Shown here: positions 1 to 11,500 of the stretch, piece after piece
How the letters are laid out: every line of letters begins with the position of its first letter
How positions within the stretch are numbered: position 1 is the stretch's first letter
From: Macrostomum hystrix
Lineage: Eukaryota; Animalia; Platyhelminthes
Length of the DNA stretch: 64,000 nucleotides
NCBI GenBank assembly: GCA_950097015.1
Contig: CATNEN010000003.1
Location: 6,324,001-6,388,000, forward strand
Direction of reading: 5' to 3'
Translations under genes and position numbers: made by a program
The notes under the pieces: model-generated
What the model was told of the DNA's origin: nothing
Seen by the model: only the letters and a program-made list of their open reading frames with translations
Databases searched by the model: none

Positions 1-280
1 AGAGAGTGAAGAGGGGAGAGAGTGAAGAGGGGAGAGAGTGAAGAGGGGAAAGAAGGGACAGAGATACGAGAAATCTAAGAGTTAGAAAGGCTAAAATAAA
101 TGCTACAATTGAAAATGATGGCTCAGAATGAAAGAAGCATTACACTAACCAGAGTATGAGTACAGCATAGGAGTCAGAATGAAGATGCGGTACAGTCGCT
201 ACTATTGGGCGTACAGCTGTTCAGTCCATGGCTACCTTATGCTCATCTGCTCACGGTAACTGTTCTCAAACGATTCTCAG

Positions 281-414
281 AGTTCGCAGCCCTAGCTGTC
301 ACCGGCCTTCTAAACTTCAAGGAGCCCGCGGCAACAGCGGCAGCCGCCTCCGGGACGTCCGGCAGTGCCGCAACCGCCGGCTCGCGTCCTAGACTCGAAC
401 CATCGACCTGCTAA
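281..414 (+). CDS. Probable terminal coding exon of a gene starting upstream of the window (product unknown)
   Basis: GC-rich island after a ttctcag acceptor (271-280); reads ..FAALAVTGLLNFKEPAATAAAASGTSGSAATAGSRPRLEPSTC*, with the same Ala/Gly/Ser-rich style as the real exons; AT-rich DNA follows. Confidence 0.45.
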
Positions 415-507
415 TGGATTCTTTTCTAATAATTAGCTAAACTTTTTGCTTACTTTTAGACTGAAATTTTGTTTGCTAATACGAATGTAATATGCCCCCT
501 AAACCTG

Positions 508-730
508 TCCTTCAGGACCTTAGCTGATCTCTTACCCCCTACCCTTCAGGACCTCAGCTGATCTCTTTCCCCCTATCCTTCAGGACCTCAGCTGATCTCT
601 TACCCCCTATCCTTCAGTTCCTCAGCTGATCTCTTACCCCCTATTCTTCAGGACCTCAGCTGATCTCTTATCCCCTATCCTTCAGGCAATTAATTGATCT
701 CTTTCCTCCTATCCTTCAGGACCTCAGAAG
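508..730. repeat. 34-bp minisatellite (ccttcaggacctcagctgatctcttacccccta..), about 7 copies
   Basis: ccttcag recurs at 543, 577 and 611. Confidence 0.9.
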
Positions 731-1614
731 CTTCAGAACCGATTTTTCACTTGGAAATAAATTTCAGTTTTTTTGCTTAAGGTTTAATTCGAGTTAATTT
801 AACAAAAGAGCCACTATAGTTGCAGTAGCAATGTGGCAATTATAAATATTGATATGTATAAAAACTGCACTCGTTCTATAATTGTGTACATAACAATGAT
901 ATATAATTTTTTTTATACCGAATGGCACATTAAAAAAGTTAACTTTTTGTTTTTTCAAACGTGATGCTATCCACACTTTCCTTTTGAAATATATACACCA
1001 TTAAAAAAGTTAAACTTCTTGTCTACTTGTCTGCTTAAATATTGTTAAAACAATCTATTATCAGTTGGATTGCTAAACCTTGCATCCAATTTCTCGACCC
1101 ACTGATCACAGTCAGTCATCATCTCATATCGGTGTTTTAAACTAAGGTTGAGGTTGAGAAGGCCGATAGCCAGAGTGAGCAGTTTATATTCTCCCTTGGG
1201 AAGACTTGCTCTATGATGCAGCAATTTTGATAACGGCTAGAAAGTTAATTAATTTTACACTCTGAGGAGAAGTATATTGGGGTGGGGATGGGGAAGGTTA
1301 GCCGCCTAGAAACTCCCTAGGGATGAATTTGAAACAAATTTACACGAGCTAATCGACAGAAGTGTGAGCTGGGCGAAGCAGATAAGAAAGCGCGGGTCAG
1401 GTCTCAGCTGTTGCTACTGTGTCAAGAAGTGTTTAAAGAGAAAAAATTGAAATCAACATCAAATCAAGCGTGTTATGAACGGGGGAGAAATTTGGAAGAA
1501 TTAATTTCAATTGCTGATGTGGAAAGAAATCTTCTGATTGCTGCTGAAAGTTTGTTGTGGGCGAAAACTGGAGAATGTTATTTAGGCTCCTAATTCGAAA
1601 AAACTGTGAATCTT

Positions 1615-2292
1615 GAAATTCTAAGAATCAGAAAAATTAAAAAATTCGGAAATTCTAAGAATCTAAAAGTTCTAAAAATCTAGAAATTCTAAGAATCTGG
1701 AAATTCTAAGAATGTAAAAGTTCTAAGAATCTGGAAGTTCTAAGAATCTAGAAATTCTAAGAATCTGGAAATTCTAGGAATCAGTAAATTCTAATAATCT
1801 GGAAGTTCTAAGAATCTGGAAATTGTAAGAAGAATCTGGAACTTCTAAGAATCTGGAAATTCTAAGAATCTGGAAGTTCTAAGAATCTGGAAATTCCAGG
1901 AATCAGTAAATTCTAAGGATCGGGAAGTTCTAAGAATCTGGAAATTGTAAGAAGAATCAGGAAATTCTAAGAATCTGGAAGTTCTAAGAATCTGGAAATT
2001 CTAGGAATCAGTAAATTCTAAGAATCGGGAAGTTCTAAGAATCTGGAAATTCTAAGAAGAATCTGGAAATTCTAGGAATCAGTATATTCTAAGAATCGGG
2101 AAGTTCTAGGAATCTGGAAATTCTAAGAATCTGGAAGTTCCAGGAATCTGAAAATTCTAAGAATCTGGAGCTTCTAAGAATCTGGAAGTTCTAAGAACCA
2201 ATAGATTCTAGGAATCCGGAAATTCTAGGAATCTGTAAATTCTAAGAATCTAGAAGTTCTAAGAAATCGGAAGTTCTAAGAACCTTGAAATT
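1615..2292. repeat. ~17-bp degenerate minisatellite (gaaattctaagaatctg)
   Basis: Visible tandem units. Confidence 0.9.
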
Positions 2293-3429
2293 CTGAAATG
2301 AAGTATATTGGACAGGTGAGAAAAATAAATTAAGATTTGTTGCTGTCAAATGTTTGTTAAAACGGTCTGGCATGACTTCTAATATTAAATATATGTTTAA
2401 CGGGTGTAATTTTTTATGTAATTTAAACATATATTTTTTCTATTTCTCGATCATTCAGTTTTAAATTCCCATCTAAAGGTCGATATAGTGAATTCAGCAA
2501 TCCTATTGTCAGTGAATTTAAGAGCTAACAATGCTATTTAAAAGCTTCTAGTTTAGCTAGTTTAAAAAAAGGCAAAATCAACATTTGGTACGTATGTGAA
2601 ATTATGGTATTCTAAGAATCGACGATCAACGAATTTTGGGCCATTTCCACAAAATCCACTTTGTAACAGAAAAATAAGCAGAATAAATTTTCCTCTCCCG
2701 GGTGGTCAGACAATATCCCCCGTGTAAATAAGAGGAGTTTTCCCAAAATCCATGCAGCTTTTCGTCATAATGCGCGGCTCTTAATGGCCATTTAATTGGG
2801 ACAATTTGCCCAAACAGTGTTCCACTCTAGACAATTGTTTTAGTGACTGTCTGAACCATGAAAACTATGCGGTGCTTGCGGGGACACAAACATGGAATAT
2901 GTTTCAGCGACTGAATATAAGCGCGTATATGGACACAAAACTAAAGTGATTCTTGCGACGCAAATTGAAAGTGACTGCTGCTGCCGCTGACATGGAATCC
3001 ATAAGGGTATGCAACTAAAAGTTTTCTTATATATAGCTTTCATAGTTCTTGAACGAACTGCAGGGTTGACATGGGTAAGAGACATCCATGCAAGTTGAGG
3101 ATATTGCTGTCATGCATCCTATATAGCAGACTAATTGTTTGAAGCGAGACTGAAGATGCCATCACTGGGAAGAGAATATGGCTGTTGTGTTTTTGTTTCG
3201 TTCGCTTTTAAAAGGCACTTGCCAATTAGTTTTTTTCTCTTTTCTTTTCTTTAGCCTGGCAAGTTTTGTTGCTGAAACATTGATTCCTGTTCGCCGTGTT
3301 TGCCTAGATTTCTATACACCCCAGAAATGCTCTTAATTCAGGGATTTTTAATGGTTTAGTGGATAGTTTTGGGATCTCAGAGGTTTGGGGATAATTTGTG
3401 GATTAGGCGAGGACAGTTGCAGGATCGGG

Positions 3430-3692
3430 AGGGGTGAGGGATAATTTGAGGATTTTAAAGGAGTGAGGGATAATTTGAGGATTTTAAAGGAGTGAGGGAT
3501 AATTTGAGGATTGAAAGGGGTGAGGGATAATTTGAGGATTGAAAGGGGTGAGGGATAATTTGAGGATTTTAAAGGAGTGAGGGATAATTTGAGGATTGGA
3601 AGGGGTGAGGGATAATTTGAGGATTTTAAAGGAGTAAGGGATAATTTGAGGATTTTAAAGGAGTGAGGGATAATTAGGGATTGGAAGGGGTA
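3430..3692. repeat. ~28-29-bp minisatellite (gagggataatttgaggattttaaaggagt)
   Basis: Visible tandem units. Confidence 0.9.
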
Positions 3693-4147
3693 ATGAAAAA
3701 ATAGAGTATAGGTATATCACCATTTAGGTTATTTAAGGCGAGACCGTGCCCATACAAAATAAATTCCTTAATGTTTCTTGGATTTCAAAAAAGATCCTAT
3801 TTATTACTTTGAGTAGCCTGATCAAGTATTTATTCATAAAACTGCTATCGGATGCTATCGGAAGTATAGAATAGTGAGATATTTGATTGTAAGTAACTAG
3901 GAGTAAAATATGAATACGAAATTTATTGCCCCAGTCAGGCAAAAAATTTAGCAAAATGCGTACTAAAGTACACCAAAACCAAACAAAGTTAATCGGCAAA
4001 AGATAAAAGAACCAGAAGTTGAAGTGATTTATTGTCATTTTGAAATACAAATAGTGCTCGCTTCATTACTTAATCTATAATGTGATTCGCGATTATCAGA
4101 TGTGTCTCGTCCTCATGGCAACACAAGTTCAGTATCGTGTGATGCAG

Positions 4148-4505
4148 TGTTTCTCCTGTTAGACAGGTGTTTCTCCTGTTAGACACGTGTTTCTCCTGTT
4201 AGATACGTGTTTCTCCTGTTAGACACGTGTTTCTCCTGTTAGACACGTGTTTCTCCTGTTAGACACGTGTTTCTCCTGTTAGACACGTGTTTCTCCTGTT
4301 AGACAGGTGTTTCTCCTGTTAGACACGTGTTTCTCCTGTTAGACAGGTGTTTCTCCTGTTAGACACGTGTTTCTCCTGTTAGACACGTGTTTCTCCTGTT
4401 AGACACGTGTTTCTCCTGTTAGACAGGTGTTTCTCCTGTTAGACACGTGTTTCTCCTGTTAGACACGTGTTTCTCCTGTTAGACACGAGCTTCTCGTGTT
4501 AGACA
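4148..4505. repeat. 20-bp minisatellite (acacgtgtttctcctgttag), about 18 copies
   Basis: Near-perfect 20-bp period. Confidence 0.95.
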
Positions 4506-4850
4506 GGGTTTTTTACCTTCTCTGTACCAGATACAAAGTGCATTTACTAGTAAAAATGTAATCTCGTAATTACAGGCTCCAACACTGCGCGATAGACATG
4601 TGTAAAATATGAAATTTTGTTAAAAAATTAAGACCAGTGAGTTCCAAACAACATTGATGATGCAGATTTGAAATATCGTTTTTATCCGAAAGTCTCAATT
4701 ATTCAAGCAAAAGTGTCAAAGTGTCTGCAAGAAACCACTATTTTTGGCCTCAATTTAAAACTCTCAGGAAGATGTTGAATCAATATCATTTTCTACAATG
4801 ACACGAGCTATTTGATACGTCAAATACATAATTAATCGAAAAAATACTTT

Positions 4851-4990
4851 CGTTTGCCTCTGGCACCAAGGTCCGTGAGTTCGATTCCGCGTCGAGGCCA
4901 TGTCGTGTGCACTGCATGACTCACGATGAGAAAGTCACAGGGCAGATGTACTCAACATGCTCAGGAGTCAGTGACATGAGCAGAATGCGG
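4851..4990 (+). mobile_element. Truncated, internally deleted copy of tRNA-derived SINE family A
   Basis: Shares gtttgcctc..caccaaggtcc..gttcgattccgcgtcgaggcca, acgatgagaaagtca..gggcagatgtac and gctcaggagtcag with the copies at 6224, 14979 and 53090. Confidence 0.8.
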
Positions 4991-5231
4991 TGATGTACTA
5001 GTGCCCACAGCTCACAAAAAAACAAGACACGAAAATTGCAAAGAAACGCGGAAAGAAACACAATTAATTTGTTGAAAAAAAAGACGAAAAAGGAACACCT
5101 TGTATTTTCCAATCGATTAAAAGTATGTTTTGCTTTCATGTTTCCATCATTTCATTTAAATTTAAGAACGTTTTTTCTTTCAAAAAATTGTCTGGATGAA
5201 TTGTCATTTGTCATTTGTCATTTGTCATTAT

Positions 5232-5540
5232 TCAGCCGTAGCGGAACATGTAGGCCCGCTTGCCAAAGCGGAACATCTGCCGTTTTCCATAGCGAAACAT
5301 TCCTCGCTTGTCGGCATTCTCCGTCAGCTGATCCTCCGCGTTGGGCTCGGCGGCAGCGGCGGCTGCAGCATCGGCGGCGGCTTCCTCGGCTGCGGCGGCG
5401 GCGGCGGCGGCGGCGGCGGCCCAGACAGCGGGATTACCTGACGCCGACGGATGACGATGCATCGATGGACTGGCGTCGGCCACCAGAACTAGAAGGACAG
5501 CTACGATAACCAGATGTGCTAGTGCAGCCAGTCTGGACAT
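5232..5540 (-). CDS. Amidated neuropeptide precursor (xMFRY/Famide; FMRFamide-like / LFRFamide-RYamide type)
   Basis: Hydrophobic signal peptide MSRLAALAHLVIVAVLLVLVADA, Ala/acidic spacer, then KR-GMFRYG-KR-QMFRFG-KR-AYMFRYG-stop (dibasic cleavage sites plus Gly amide donors); upstream acceptor tttacag before 5611. Confidence 0.93.
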   Translation of the reverse strand: MSRLAALAHLVIVAVLLVLVADASPSMHRHPSASGNPAVWAAAAAAAAAAAEEAAADAAAAAAAEPNAEDQLTENADKRGMFRYGKRQMFRFGKRAYMFRYG

Positions 5541-5752
5541 GACGGAGCTAAAGTTGTTCCAGGAATAATTGTCGGTGCTAGAAGAACTAGAGCGTAGAGA
5601 GCGAATGCTAACTGTAAATCAACCATTTAAATATTGTTTCAGTCTGGCCAATAAAATTCTAGCATACGTTCGCCGGCTTACTATTGGTTCCTGACTTGCG
5701 ATTGCTTGGTTTATTGAATAAATCTTTTATAAACTCGAAGAGGATAGAGATA

Positions 5753-6223
5753 GCTAGCTGCATGACCCCCTAGCTGCATGACCCCCTATTTTCATGACCC
5801 CCCTAGCTGCATGACCCCCTAGCTGCATGACCCCACTAGCTGCATGACCCCTATCTGCATGAACCCCTATTTTCATGACCCCCCTAGCTGCATGACCCCA
5901 CTAGCTGCATGACCCCACTAGCTGCATGACCCCACTAGCTGCATGACCCCCTAGCTGCATGACCCCCCTAGCTGCATGACCCCACTAGCTGCATGACCCC
6001 CTAGCTGCATGACCCCCTAGCTGCATGACCCCACTAGCTGCATGACCCCACTAGCTGCATGACCCCACTAGCTGCATGACCCCCCTAGCTGCATGACCCC
6101 CTTGCTGCATGACCCCCCTAGCTGCATGACCCCACTAGCTGCATGACCCCACTAGCTGCATGACCCCCTTGCTGCATGACCCCCTAGCTGCATGACCCCC
6201 CAACCGGCATGATGCCCCTAGCT
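5753..6223. repeat. ~15-17-bp minisatellite (tagctgcatgacccc[c/a]c)
   Basis: Visible tandem units with a variable C-run. Confidence 0.95.
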
Positions 6224-6490
6224 GGTGAGTGGCAGAGCGGTTAACGCTTTGGCCTCTCGCAACAAGGTATCTGAGCTCGATTCCGCGGCGAGGCCGCTTT
6301 TATTTGGCTTGTTGTGCAATCTGTGCCCTTAAGGGACAAACACTAAGTCACAGTGAGAGTGTAAACTGCCTGACGATGAGAGAGAAAGTCAGGGCAGATG
6401 TACACACCTGTGTGCGCGAATGCTTGCGGGCGGTGCGTGTGTACTCAGGAATCAGCGAAATGGGCAGAATTGCCTTCTCGTTGGCGCTGC
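6224..6490 (+). mobile_element. tRNA-derived SINE family A copy
   Basis: A-box tggcagagcgg, B-box gctcgattcc, and body shared with the 14979 and 53090 copies. Confidence 0.85.
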
Positions 6491-6674
6491 ATGACTAAAC
6501 GAATGACCAATGGGGTGGAAGATTCTCGATTCTACGACTCCATTTTTTAAGTTCAGACCAGGAGACTAATTTCAAATGGCCACATTTTTTACTTTTCATC
6601 TGTATCTCCCATCTGTATCTGTATTTTATCGACTTTCAGGAAAATAGGACAAAGGACAGGAGATACATTAACTA

Positions 6675-6738
6675 GAGTCGGGAATCGAACCCCCGACCTT
6701 CAAGTCGTAGGTCCAATGCTCTAATCGCGCTAGACTGC
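6675..6738 (-). mobile_element. tRNA-like head fragment of SINE family B
   Basis: gagtcgggaatcgaacccccgacc is shared with 20792-20815; B-box ggttcgattccc on the minus strand. Confidence 0.75.
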
Positions 6739-7239
6739 AACAGATTTTCAGTCCTAACTAATCTGTAGAAAATGGTGTCTTACAGAAGCCCGTCCTTTCA
6801 CTTGGCTCTCAGGCAGTTTCTGAAACAGGCAGTGCAAACAACGCTAGCTGGTTGGTCGCTGCGGAATGGGCTATTTGATCGAGTGGCTATAGGGGTGGGA
6901 CTGTCAGATGCAAGCAAGACAAGCTGCAGACAGCATGTCTCAGAAGAGCTCTATGCAACAGTTGAAGCTGCATAGAAATCTGAAACTGCTGGCGGGACCA
7001 AATGGTCCGTTATTTGTATTCCCTGAGATTTTTAGTGTGCTACACGACTCTGCATGGCCTTGACCACACAGAGTGACATCTGGCAACTGAAGCCAGTTTG
7101 ATTGAGGATAAAATATATAACTGACTCGATGGCAAACTATTAGCTTATTCAATGAGAAACTGCTTTAACACTTATTGCTGAGCAGAAAATTCAGTGGACT
7201 CAAAAGATAACAGCGCGTTGTCGATTCAAATTCGTAGAT

Positions 7240-8096
7240 TTCTCAGTTCGTCAATCTCTCAGTTCGTCGATCTCTCAGTTCGTCGATCTCTAAGTTCGTC
7301 GATCTTTCAGTTCGTCGATCTCTCAGTTCGTAAATCTCTCAGTTCGTCGATCTCTCAGTTCGTCGATCTCTCAGTTCGTCGGTCTCTCAGTTCGTCGATC
7401 TCTCAGTTCGTCGATCTCTCAGTTCGTCAATCTTTCAGTTCGTCGATCTCTCAGTTCGTCGATCTCTCAGTTCGTCAATCTCTCAGTTCGTCGATCTCTC
7501 AGTTCGTCGATCTCTCAGTTCGTCGGTCTCTCAGTTCGTCGATCTCTCAGTTCGTCGGTCTCTCAGTTCGTCGATCTCTCAGTTCGTCGATCTCTCAGTT
7601 CGTCAATCTTTCAGTTCGTCGATCTCTCAGTTCGTCGATCTCTCAGTTCGTCGGTCTCTCAGTTCGTCGATCTCTCAGTTCGTCAATCTTTCAGTTCGTC
7701 GATCTCTCAGTTCGTCGATCTCTCAGTTCGTCGGTCTCTCAGTTCGTAAATCTCTCAGTTCGTCGATCTCTCAGTTCGTCGGTCTCTCAGTTCGTCGGTC
7801 TCTCAGTTCGTCGATCTCTCAGTTCGTCGATCTCTCAGTTCGTCAATCTTTCAGTTCGTCAATCTCTCAGTTCGTCAATCTCTCAGTTCGTAGATCTCTC
7901 AGTTCGTCAATCTCTCAGTTCGTCAATCTCTCAGTTCGTCAATCTCTCAGTTCGTCGATCTCTCAGTTCGTCGATCTCTCAGTTCGTAAAACCTCTCAGT
8001 TCGTCGATCTCCGAGTTCGTCGATCTCTCAGTTCGTCGATCTCTCAGTTCGTCGATCTCTCAGTTCGTCGATCTCTCAGTTCGTCGATCTCTCAGT
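7240..8096. repeat. 16-bp minisatellite (gatctctcagttcgtc)
   Basis: 16-bp period; source of the spurious ORF 7194-8099. Confidence 0.97.
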
Positions 8097-8543
8097 TAGA
8101 ATTTCTAGGCAGGTTAGATGACCATAAAGAAAGTATAAAGCCTTTTGTGGATAATTGAGAACAACTTCAAATTCGTTTTGATTCACCTTTGTAGAACAAA
8201 TGTAGACTTGCTTTGAAACTTTCACGGTAGAAATTGAAAATAAAAAGTCTAAATCTCATCTTGACTATTCGTGCATTTAAACAAGAAGCATCGCTAACAA
8301 TTTAATTGAAATTTTTGTTTTAAAAAATTTGCAATTTTTTTAATTTGAAATTTTTTTCGCTTGAACAACTCAAAGTTTCACTAATATGTGATTTAGCCAT
8401 CAGGTATTAGATTTTCGTGGGTCAAAGGAGTCAGAAATTAGCATCGCATTGAAAGGAAATATTCTTTAGCTTATAATTCCTGATAAGTCATGATTTTGCT
8501 TGCTCTAGGTGAAAAGTGTTTAATTGGAAATATTGCAGTGCTC

Positions 8544-11500
8544 GACTAACTGGCTGCCATGTCTGACTAACTGGTTGCCATGTCTGACTAACTGGCTGCC
8601 ATGTCTGACTAACTGGTTGCCATGTCTGACTAACTGGCTGCCATGTCTGACTAACTGGCTGCCATGTCTGACTAACTGGTTGCCATGTCTGACTAACTGG
8701 CTGCCATGTCTGACTAATTGGCTGCAATGTCTGACTAACTGGCTGCCATGTCTGACTAACTGGTTGCCATGTCTGACTAATTAGCTACAATATCTGACTA
8801 ACTGGCTGCCATGTCTGACTAATTGGCTGCCATGTCTGACTAATTGGCTGCAATGTCTGACTAATTGGCTGCCATGTCTGACTAACTGGCTGCCATGTCT
8901 GACTAATTGGCTGCAATGTCTGACTAACTGGCTGCCATGTCTGACTAACTGGTTGCCATGTCTGACTAATTGGCTGCCATGTCTGACTAACTGGCTGCCA
9001 TGTCTGACTAATTGGCTGCAATATCTGACTAACTGGCTGCCATGTCTGACTAATTGGCTGCAATGTCTGACTAATTGGCTGCCATGTCTGACTAATTGGC
9101 TGCAATGTCTGACTAATTGGCTGCCATGTCTGACTAACTGGCTGCCATGTCTGACTAATTGGCTGCAATGTCTGACTAATTGGCTGCCATGTCTGACTAA
9201 TTGGCTGCAATGTCTGACTAATTGGCTGCCATGTCTGACTAATTGGCTGCCATGTCTGACTAACTGGCTGCCATGTCTGACTAACTGGCTGCCATGTCTG
9301 ACTAATTGGCTGCAATGTCTGACTAATTGGCTGCAATGTCTGACTAACTGGCTGCCATGTCTGACTAACTGGTTGCCATGTCTGACTAACTGGCTGCCAT
9401 GTCTGACTAACTGGCTGCCATGTCTGACTAACTGGCTGCCATGTCTGACTAACTGGTTGCCATGTCTGACTAACTGGTTGCCATGTCTGACTAATTGGCT
9501 GCCATGTCTGACTAACTGGCTGCCATGTCTGACTAATTGGCTGCCATGTCTGACTAACTGGCTGCCATGTCTGACTAACTGGTTGCCATGTCTGACTAAC
9601 TGGCTGCCATGTCTGACTAACTGGCTGCCATGTCTGACTAACTGGTTGCCATGTCTGACTAACTGGCTGCCATGTCTGACTAATTGGCTGCCATGTCTGA
9701 CTAACTGGCTGCCATGTCTGACTAATTGGCTGCCATGTCTGACTAATTAGCTACAATATCTGACTAACTGGCTGCCATGTCTGACTAATTGGCTGCCATG
9801 TCTGACTAACTGGCTGCAATGTCTGACTAATTGGCTGCAATATCTGACTAATTGGCTGCCATGTCTGACTAATTGGCTGCAATTTGTGACTAATTGGCTG
9901 CCATGTCTGACTAATTGGCTGCCATGTCTGACTAACTGGCTGCCATGTCTAACTAACTGGCTGCCATGTCTGACTAACTGGCTGCCACGTCTGACTAACT
10001 GGTTGCCATGTCTGACTAACTGGCTGCCATGTCTGACTAACTGGCTGCCATGTCTGACTAACTGGCTGCCATGTCTGACTAACTGGTTGCCATGTCTGAC
10101 TAACTGGCTGCCATGTCTGACTAATTGGCTGCAATGTCTGACTAATTGGCTGCAATGTCTGACTAATTGGCTGCCATGTCTGACTAATTGGCTGCCATGT
10201 CTGACTAACTGGCTGCCATGTCTAACTAACTGGCTGCCATGTCTGACTAATTGGCTGCAATGTCTGACTAATTGGCTGCAATGTCTGACTAACTGGCTGC
10301 CATGTCTGACTAATTGGCTGCAATGTCTGACTAATTGGCTGCAATGTCTGACTAATTGGCTGCAATGTCTGACTAATTGGCTGCCATGTCTGACTAACTG
10401 GCTGTCATGTCTGACTAATTGGCTGCAATGTCTGACTAATTGGCTGCCATGTCTGACTAATTGGCTGCAATGTCTGACTAATTGGCTACAATGTCTGACT
10501 AACTGGCTGCCATGTCTGACTAAGTGGCTGCAATTTCTGACTAATTGGCTGCAATTTCTGACTAATTGGCTGCAATGTCTGACTAATTGGCTGCCATGTC
10601 TGACTAAGTGGCTGCAATTTCTGACTAATTGGCTGCAATTTCTGACTAATTGGCTGCAATGTCTGACTAATTGGCTGCCATGTCTGACTAAGTGGCTGCA
10701 ATTTCTGACTAATTGGCTGCAATGTCTGACTAATTGGCTGCAATGTCTGACTAACTGGCTGCCATGTCTGACTAACTGGTTGCCATGTCTGACTAACTGG
10801 CTGCCATGTCTGACTAAGTGGCTGCAATTTCTGACTAACTGGCTGCCATGTCTGACTAACTGGTTGCCATGTCTGACTAACTGGTTGCCATGTCTGACTA
10901 ATTGGCTGCCATGTCTGACTAACTGGCTGCCATGTCTGACTAATTGGCTGCCATGTCTGACTAACTGGCTGCCATGTCTGACTAACTGGTTGCCATGTCT
11001 GACTAACTGGCTGCCATGTCTGACTAACTGGCTGCCATGTCTGACTAACTGGTTGCCATGTCTGACTAACTGGCTGCCATGTCTGACTAATTAGCTACAA
11101 TATCTGACTAACTGGCTGCCATGTCTGACTAATTGGCTGCCATGTCTGACTAACTGGCTGCCATGTCTGACTAACTGGCTGCCACGTCTGACTAACTGGT
11201 TGCCATGTCTGACTAACTGGCTGCCATGTCTGACTAACTGGCTGCAATGTCTGACTAACTGGCTGCCATGTCTGACTAACTGGTTGCCATGTCTGACTAA
11301 CTGGCTGCCATGTCTGACAAATTGGCTGCCATGTCTGACTAACTGGTTGCCATGTCTGACTAACTGGCTGCCATGTCTGACTAACTGGCTGCCATGTCTG
11401 ACTAACTGGCTGCCATGTCTGACTAACTGGTTGCCATGTCTGACTAACTGGTTGCCATGTCTGACTAATTGGCTGCCATGTCTGACTAACTGGCTGCCAT

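Noticed and set aside
5036-5509. Plus-strand Arg-rich and Gly-rich ORFs over the neuropeptide gene
   Set aside because: Antisense shadows of the GCC/GCA poly-Ala codons.
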